Assembly (NCBI RefSeq): GCF_000011325.1
Contig: NC_003450.3
Span: 1,320,001-1,352,000 of the forward strand
DNA length: 32,000 nucleotides
Direction: 5' to 3'
Origin: Corynebacterium glutamicum ATCC 13032
Lineage (GTDB): Bacteria; Actinomycetota; Actinomycetes; Mycobacteriales; Mycobacteriaceae
A program made the position numbers and the translations under genes. The stretch's first letter is position 1. Every line of letters begins with the position of its first letter. The notes beneath the pieces are model-generated. The model was not told the origin of the DNA and searched no databases. It worked only from the letters and a program-made list of their open reading frames with translations. Of the stretch, positions 26,458 through 32,000 are shown in pieces.

Positions 26458-28275
26458 ATGGGGTTTTCCACACCAAGCTATCCGCTAAATGATCTGTTCG
26501 CCCGCATTGACCGAGGCGATATCCAACTTCCCGATTTTCAACGGGATTACGCTTGGGATGTTGATCGCATCCGAAGCCTTATAACCACTGTTCTTCGTGG
26601 TTTTCCAGTAGGTGTGCTGATGGCACTAGACACCCGCGGCGAGGAAATGCGTTTCCGGCCACGCGCGCTGTCCGGCGCCCCAGATACGGGCAAGGATCCA
26701 GGTCTTTTGCTTCTCGACGGACAACAGCGCCTCACCACCCTTTATCATTGCTTCAGTGGCGATGGCTATGTAAATACGGTGGACTTCCGATCAAAGAAAG
26801 TGACCCGGAAGTTTTATATTGATGTTGCTAAGGCTGTTGAATCTCCGGTCATGTCCGATGAGGCTATTTTTTCAGTCGACGAAACCGGCAAAATCATCTC
26901 CCACTTCGGTCCAGTGATCGACGGCGGCATCACCGATTTAGAAACAGCACTTGCTCATGGTTGCCTTCCAGTTTCTGTGCTGCTGGATGATAACGGCACT
27001 GATTTCCTCTTTGACCTCGCCGATATGGCAGGAGAAGGCGCTCGCGAACACGCGAAGCGCTTCCAATCACAAATCGTTAAGACCTTAGTTAGTTACGACA
27101 TCCCAATGATCCGACTGGATCGTGAAACCGCCAAGGGTGGAATTGGTTCCATCTTTGCTCAGGCCAATAGCTCTGGCTTGCAGATGGATGTCTTTGATTT
27201 GCTCACCGCGGTGTTCGCAGCCGATGAATCGGTGGAGACCGAATTCTCACTGCGTGATGACTGGGTGCGGGTTGAACGAAACCTTCGCCAACACTCCGCA
27301 CTTGATGGCATCGGCAGCACGGAGTTCCTCACCGCAGTAGCCCTGTTGGTCAGTGCCCGCAAGGGACATGCGTCTGGTTACCGTGAAGATATCTTGAACT
27401 TGACGCTGGCTGAATACATTCCTGCTGCCGATGAAATGATCAAGGGCTTCGACGAGGCGGCTGAATTCCTGCGTCAGCGATGCATTTTGAGTCTCGACCA
27501 GGTTCCATACACCGCGCAGATTGTTCCACTGGCCGTGATCCTCACCCTGCTTGATGCAGAAGAAATGGCCACCGCACGTTCATGGGATCGTTTGAATCAG
27601 TGGTTCTGGAGCGGTGTCTTGGGTGAGCTTTATGGCTCGCCTGCTGTGATCGCACGTTCCGGTCGCGATACCGATCAAGTTGCTGCGTGGATTCGTGAAG
27701 GTGCCGGCGAAACTGCGGTTGTGCCAAAGACTATTCGCGATACCGTTTTCCACGAATCACGTCTTCTCAGTGCAACCCAAGACACCGGAGTGTGGAAGGG
27801 TATCTTCGCACTGCTCATGGGCAGGGGAGCACGCGACTGGCGCACCGGACAGCAGTTTGATCGCTGGACTTTTGATGAGCTGGGTTGCAATTTCCACCAG
27901 ATTTTCCCCACCAAATGGTGCAAGGAACGCGGCATCGATCCTGTCCTTACGGAATCAGTACTGAACCGCACCCCGATGGGTCGCCGTACCGAAGTAGTCA
28001 TCGGCGATACCCCTCCATCCCGCTACCTGTCTCGTGTTCAATCCAAGTCGCTCATGGGTGATGAGGAATTCGATCAGATGCTGGATACCCACCTGCTCAG
28101 CGCGGAAGACCTGCACAGTTCCAACACCACGCACTTCTTTGCTTCTCGACGCACCAACTTCATCGACATGGTCGAGGATGCCATCGGTAAAGCGGTGATC
28201 AGGGACGTCAACGAGTCAGATCTCACCGGTGGACACGATGGTCCCGATGCATTTGGAGACGCTGCCGAGGAGTAG
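26458..28275 (+). CDS. DUF262-domain protein (GmrSD-like, putative NTP-dependent His-Me/HNH nuclease)
   Basis: 605-aa ORF. The N-terminal motifs IQLPDFQRDYAWD and LLLLDGQQRLTTL are DUF262/ParB-like signatures. The C-terminal FHQIFPTKW...SVLNRTPMGRRTEVVIGDTPPSRYL resembles the DUF1524-type H..N..N nuclease motif. Confidence 0.8.
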   Translation: MGFSTPSYPLNDLFARIDRGDIQLPDFQRDYAWDVDRIRSLITTVLRGFPVGVLMALDTRGEEMRFRPRALSGAPDTGKDPGLLLLDGQQRLTTLYHCFSGDGYVNTVDFRSKKVTRKFYIDVAKAVESPVMSDEAIFSVDETGKIISHFGPVIDGGITDLETALAHGCLPVSVLLDDNGTDFLFDLADMAGEGAREHAKRFQSQIVKTLVSYDIPMIRLDRETAKGGIGSIFAQANSSGLQMDVFDLLTAVFAADESVETEFSLRDDWVRVERNLRQHSALDGIGSTEFLTAVALLVSARKGHASGYREDILNLTLAEYIPAADEMIKGFDEAAEFLRQRCILSLDQVPYTAQIVPLAVILTLLDAEEMATARSWDRLNQWFWSGVLGELYGSPAVIARSGRDTDQVAAWIREGAGETAVVPKTIRDTVFHESRLLSATQDTGVWKGIFALLMGRGARDWRTGQQFDRWTFDELGCNFHQIFPTKWCKERGIDPVLTESVLNRTPMGRRTEVVIGDTPPSRYLSRVQSKSLMGDEEFDQMLDTHLLSAEDLHSSNTTHFFASRRTNFIDMVEDAIGKAVIRDVNESDLTGGHDGPDAFGDAAEE

Positions 28276-28333
28276 TGTCCACCTGCTCGGTTAGGATTGA
28301 CCGAAAGAGTACTTCAACCTTTAGGACATCCAT

Positions 28334-30079
28334 TTGACACATCTTGTTTCTCCGGTACGTCGCATTATTGCAGCAACCACCACAGCAGTGGTGGCGCTAG
28401 GCCTGGTTTCCTGTTCAACGGACAGCAGCCAGGAAGGCGCCAACGGTGCTGCGGAGGTGATGGCGGAGGGCGCGTCGACAAGCGAAGTTGTCGACGATTC
28501 GCCCTACCGCGAAGCGCGCGCTGAAAACGTGGCGCGTGTGGTGTCGGAGGATTTTCCGAGTACCCCGACGGTGATCAGTGACGCCGACTACTCCGGAATC
28601 AAGGCTAGCGAGTTGTTTTTTGATTCCTCTGACAATGTTGTTGTCGCTGGCAATGGTATTGCAGAGGAGCTGCGCGCGGCCTCGATCGGTGTGGTTGCGC
28701 ATGCGCCGGTTCTGCATGCGCGCGGTGATAATAACGCCGCAGTCATGGCGGAAATTGAGCGTCTCGGCGCTTCAACGGTGTTGTTGATTGGCGATGCGCT
28801 GCCAGAACTTGCCGAGGATGAGACGATCACCAAAGTCATTCATGACGACGGTACCGAAGAAGGATTAGCGCAGCTCACCGCTTTGCAATTTGAGACGAAA
28901 CAGGTTGACACGGTGGAGGATCTGGTTCGGGAAACCGCCAGCCTCACCCCTGAGGATCAAACACTGCTCGCACCTGCATGGGGTGGTGTGGCGCCGACGC
29001 CTTCCGACGACAAGCTGGCTGCCTTCCCGCTGCAGTCCAAACGTGACGGTGAAATGTCGCCGATCGTGATTGCCAGCCCAGAATCTGGAATCTCCGCTGT
29101 GGCGACTGCGCGTGCATTCGGCGCAGAAATTCGATTCATGGATTATCCCGACCCGCGATTCAACCAAGAGCAGATGAAGATGGTTGCCGGCCTGGCTGAT
29201 CGTCCTTTGCTTGCACTCGGTGATCAATTTGGGACCGGCGAACAGCTCGCGGAAAAGATCAAGCGTGGGGAAGAAGTAACCACTGAACTACCCGGCGGTG
29301 GAGGACTTGTTTTCCCAGGTCGACGCATGGTGGCACTGTACGGACACCCATCCGGACCAGCTTTAGGCGCACTTGGTGAACAACCAGCCGCCGAAGCCGT
29401 GGCGCGCGCGACCGACATGGCTGCGCAGTACCAAGAGTTCGAAGACCAGCCCGTGATTCCGGCATTCGAAGTAATCGCAACGGTTGCCTCTGAATTCGCA
29501 GGCGACGACGGCAACTACTCCAACGAATTCCCCGTGGAAGATCTAGTCGGATACGTTGACGCCATCACCGAAGCCGGCGGATACGCAGTCCTGGATCTTC
29601 AACCCGGACGCGCCAACTTCCTCGACCAAGCCAAAATGTATGAAGAACTCCTCAAACGACCAAACGTTGGATTGGCGCTAGATCCCGAGTGGAAAATCGG
29701 ACCCGATGAGCAACCCATGACACGAGTGGGCTCTGCAGATGCCGCCGAAATCAACGAAGTATCCCAGTGGCTCGCCGACCTGACCGCCGAGAACGATCTT
29801 CCACAAAAGGCATTTGTACTGCACCAATTCCAATTGGAAATGCTCACCAATCGGGATCAAATCAATACCGATCACCTGGAACTGGCTGTCGTGTTGCACG
29901 CAGATGGACACGGAAACGCAGGGGATAAGTACGCAACTTGGAACATGCTTCGCGAGGGACTGAGCCCGAACTACTTCATGGCGTGGAAAAACTTCTACGA
30001 CGAGGATTTCCCGACCTTCACTCCGCAACAAACCTATGAAGAGGTCGATCCGCGACCATGGTTTGTGTCGTATCAGTAG
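28334..30079 (+). CDS. Lipoprotein of unknown function
   Basis: 581-aa ORF with a TTG start and lipobox VALGLVSC. The N-terminal half resembles cell-wall-binding-repeat-like segments (ERLGASTVLLIGD). The C-terminal half (VLDLQPGRANFL...VGLALDPEW...FVLHQF) looks like a TIM-barrel hydrolase-like domain; that reading is low confidence. Confidence 0.7.
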   Translation: MTHLVSPVRRIIAATTTAVVALGLVSCSTDSSQEGANGAAEVMAEGASTSEVVDDSPYREARAENVARVVSEDFPSTPTVISDADYSGIKASELFFDSSDNVVVAGNGIAEELRAASIGVVAHAPVLHARGDNNAAVMAEIERLGASTVLLIGDALPELAEDETITKVIHDDGTEEGLAQLTALQFETKQVDTVEDLVRETASLTPEDQTLLAPAWGGVAPTPSDDKLAAFPLQSKRDGEMSPIVIASPESGISAVATARAFGAEIRFMDYPDPRFNQEQMKMVAGLADRPLLALGDQFGTGEQLAEKIKRGEEVTTELPGGGGLVFPGRRMVALYGHPSGPALGALGEQPAAEAVARATDMAAQYQEFEDQPVIPAFEVIATVASEFAGDDGNYSNEFPVEDLVGYVDAITEAGGYAVLDLQPGRANFLDQAKMYEELLKRPNVGLALDPEWKIGPDEQPMTRVGSADAAEINEVSQWLADLTAENDLPQKAFVLHQFQLEMLTNRDQINTDHLELAVVLHADGHGNAGDKYATWNMLREGLSPNYFMAWKNFYDEDFPTFTPQQTYEEVDPRPWFVSYQ

Positions 30080-30137
30080 TTTCGGGGAGCTTCGGGCTCG
30101 CTTGTTGGCAATGTGAGCGGTGAGTTAGCTTTCGACC

Positions 30138-30521
30138 AAACCACACTGCCCACGAATCCTAGAAATGGGATCCGTGGGCATTCGTGTCTGGTTTAACGGC
30201 CTTGAAACCGGACAGGATTGCCCAAAGTAGTCGAATTTCCAGTTCGTGGGCATGTGTGTTTGGTCAGGTTTAGTCGGGTCGAAAAATGAACTCGGAATCG
30301 GTAAAAAGTGACCTCACAGAATCGCTTCTAAGGGCCGTTCAAAGTGTTGCCTATACAAACACATGTTCTGACTGCCCGACCTCTTAAAATGGCGTTAAAT
30401 GGCGCGAAATGGAAAACGCCTCGTGGCCTGGATGGAGCGTTAGTACGAGACCAGTACGAGACCAGACACACGTGACAAAAAATCCTGAAAAGTGGAATCA
30501 TTGTCACGCCTGTCTGGTTTA
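30138..30521. repeat. Cluster of a ~20-bp repeat family (core CGTGGGCA...GTGTCTGGTTT) in both orientations, including two long inverted repeats
   Basis: Forward copies lie at 30173-30195, 30245-30266 and 30503-30521. Reverse copies lie at 30138-30156, 30351-30380 and 30459-30476. IR1 is 30147-30159 / 30168-30180 (12/13 bp). IR2 is 30459-30476 / 30503-30520 (15/18 bp, 26-nt spacer). The exact 11-mer TGTCTGGTTTA occurs at 30185-30195 and 30511-30521. Confidence 0.6.
30386..30463. repeat. Phased AAATGG repeats and an 11-bp tandem duplication
   Basis: AAATGGCG at 30387, AAATGGCG at 30397 and AAATGGA at 30407 have an exact 10-bp period and are bracketed by GGCGTT...AACGCC. AGTACGAGACC occurs twice in tandem at 30442-30463. 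Confidence 0.6.
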
Positions 30522-30854
30522 GCTCTGGTTCGGGACGGGCGTGGAATGGAGGCAGTGCACCGAGACCTTGACCCGCGGCCCGACAAGCCAAAAGTCCCCA
30601 AAACAAACCCACCCCGCCGGAGACGTGAATAAAATTCGCAGCTCATTCCATCAGCGTAAACGCAGCTTTTTGCATGGTGAGACACCTTTGGGGGTAAATC
30701 TCACAGCATGAATCTCTGGGTTAGATGACTTTCTGGGTGGGGGAGGGTTTAGAATGTTTCTAGTCGCACGCCAAAACCCGGCGTGGACACGTCTGCAGCC
30801 GACGCGGTCGTGCCTGTTGTAGACGGACATTCCTAGTTTTTCCAGGAGTAACTT

Positions 30855-32000
30855 GTGAGCCAGAATGGCCGTCCGGTAGTCCTCATCGCCGATAAGCTTG
30901 CGCAGTCCACTGTTGACGCGCTTGGAGATGCAGTAGAAGTCCGTTGGGTTGACGGACCTAACCGCCCAGAACTGCTTGATGCAGTTAAGGAAGCGGACGC
31001 ACTGCTCGTGCGTTCTGCTACCACTGTCGATGCTGAAGTCATCGCCGCTGCCCCTAACTTGAAGATCGTCGGTCGTGCCGGCGTGGGCTTGGACAACGTT
31101 GACATCCCTGCTGCCACTGAAGCTGGCGTCATGGTTGCTAACGCACCGACCTCTAATATTCACTCCGCTTGTGAGCACGCAATTTCTTTGCTGCTGTCTA
31201 CTGCTCGCCAGATCCCTGCTGCTGATGCGACGCTGCGTGAGGGCGAGTGGAAGCGGTCTTCTTTCAACGGTGTGGAAATTTTCGGAAAAACTGTCGGTAT
31301 CGTCGGTTTTGGCCACATTGGTCAGTTGTTTGCTCAGCGTCTTGCTGCGTTTGAGACCACCATTGTTGCTTACGATCCTTACGCTAACCCTGCTCGTGCG
31401 GCTCAGCTGAACGTTGAGTTGGTTGAGTTGGATGAGCTGATGAGCCGTTCTGACTTTGTCACCATTCACCTTCCTAAGACCAAGGAAACTGCTGGCATGT
31501 TTGATGCGCAGCTCCTTGCTAAGTCCAAGAAGGGCCAGATCATCATCAACGCTGCTCGTGGTGGCCTTGTTGATGAGCAGGCTTTGGCTGATGCGATTGA
31601 GTCCGGTCACATTCGTGGCGCTGGTTTCGATGTGTACTCCACCGAGCCTTGCACTGATTCTCCTTTGTTCAAGTTGCCTCAGGTTGTTGTGACTCCTCAC
31701 TTGGGTGCTTCTACTGAAGAGGCTCAGGATCGTGCGGGTACTGACGTTGCTGATTCTGTGCTCAAGGCGCTGGCTGGCGAGTTCGTGGCGGATGCTGTGA
31801 ACGTTTCCGGTGGTCGCGTGGGCGAAGAGGTTGCTGTGTGGATGGATCTGGCTCGCAAGCTTGGTCTTCTTGCTGGCAAGCTTGTCGACGCCGCCCCAGT
31901 CTCCATTGAGGTTGAGGCTCGAGGCGAGCTTTCTTCCGAGCAGGTCGATGCACTTGGTTTGTCCGCTGTTCGTGGTTTGTTCTCCGGAATTATCGAAGAG
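30855..32000 (+). CDS. serA: D-3-phosphoglycerate dehydrogenase (5' part; continues beyond the window)
   Basis: A GTG start preceded by aggag. The translation (V)[40 protein letters not shown]...[14 protein letters not shown]... matches C. glutamicum SerA as I remember it. The frame stays open to the window end (382 codons). It is absent from the supplied ORF track, which lists only an antisense shadow ORF here. Confidence 0.95.
   Translation, partial: MSQNGRPVVLIADKLAQSTVDALGDAVEVRWVDGPNRPELLDAVKEADALLVRSATTVDAEVIAAAPNLKIVGRAGVGLDNVDIPAATEAGVMVANAPTSNIHSACEHAISLLLSTARQIPAADATLREGEWKRSSFNGVEIFGKTVGIVGFGHIGQLFAQRLAAFETTIVAYDPYANPARAAQLNVELVELDELMSRSDFVTIHLPKTKETAGMFDAQLLAKSKKGQIIINAARGGLVDEQALADAIESGHIRGAGFDVYSTEPCTDSPLFKLPQVVVTPHLGASTEEAQDRAGTDVADSVLKALAGEFVADAVNVSGGRVGEEVAVWMDLARKLGLLAGKLVDAAPVSIEVEARGELSSEQVDALGLSAVRGLFSGIIEE

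Noticed and set aside
30138-30521. Possibility that the repeat cluster is a CRISPR array
   Set aside because: The copies are imperfect, occur on both strands and have irregular spacing (about 15-120 bp). There are no cas genes in the window.
30328-30685. 94-aa and 81-aa minus-strand ORFs in the serA upstream region
   Set aside because: They have no ribosome-binding site and an Arg/Gly/Pro-biased composition, and they are interrupted by the repeat family. They are most likely chance ORFs in GC-rich non-coding DNA.
30651-31700. 349-aa minus-strand ORF, the only long ORF the track lists in this area
   Set aside because: It is antisense to serA, whose plus-strand translation from the GTG at 30855 is unmistakable. 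The plus-strand frame has no stop within the window, which is presumably why the track omits it.

Overview
From the translated proteins I recognise this window as a core-chromosome segment of Corynebacterium glutamicum (ATCC 13032-like). The recognisable proteins are LysE, LysG, MscCG/YggB, IlvB, IlvN, IlvC, IlvD, GatB and SerA. Gene order, left to right: rbsB-rbsD (end of the ribose operon); a GNAT acetyltransferase; an iron-siderophore binding lipoprotein with a DtxR-like box; a BASS-family symporter; gatB; an F420-family NADP oxidoreductase; an aldo/keto reductase; lysE<->lysG (lysine exporter and its LysR activator); a Xi-class GST-like gene; a membrane-anchored secreted DUF1524/HNH nuclease; a DoxX membrane protein; ilvD; a PH-domain membrane protein; mscCG; the ilvBNC operon with its 15-codon Ile/Val/Leu leader peptide and attenuator. 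After ilvC comes a more accessory-looking stretch (21.9-30.8 kb), and then the 5' part of serA, which runs off the window and is missing from the ORF track. The accessory-looking stretch holds: (a) a visibly decaying ABC-transporter plus two-component flavin monooxygenase locus, with a nonsense TGA in the ATPase, the permease deleted to a 24-codon stub, an acyl-CoA-dehydrogenase-fold gene broken by frameshifts and a TAG, and an intact flavin reductase; (b) a CDF metal exporter; (c) a 605-aa DUF262/GmrSD-like putative nuclease starting 15 bp after the exporter; (d) a 581-aa lipoprotein; (e) a 775-bp non-coding region packed with a short repeat family in both orientations. I saw no rRNA, tRNA, CRISPR array, transposase or integrase. 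I found no clear multi-gene novel system. The best candidates for follow-up are the stand-alone DUF262 gene, the decayed locus and the unexplained repeat-rich intergenic regions. All family calls rest on motif recognition by eye, not on database searches.
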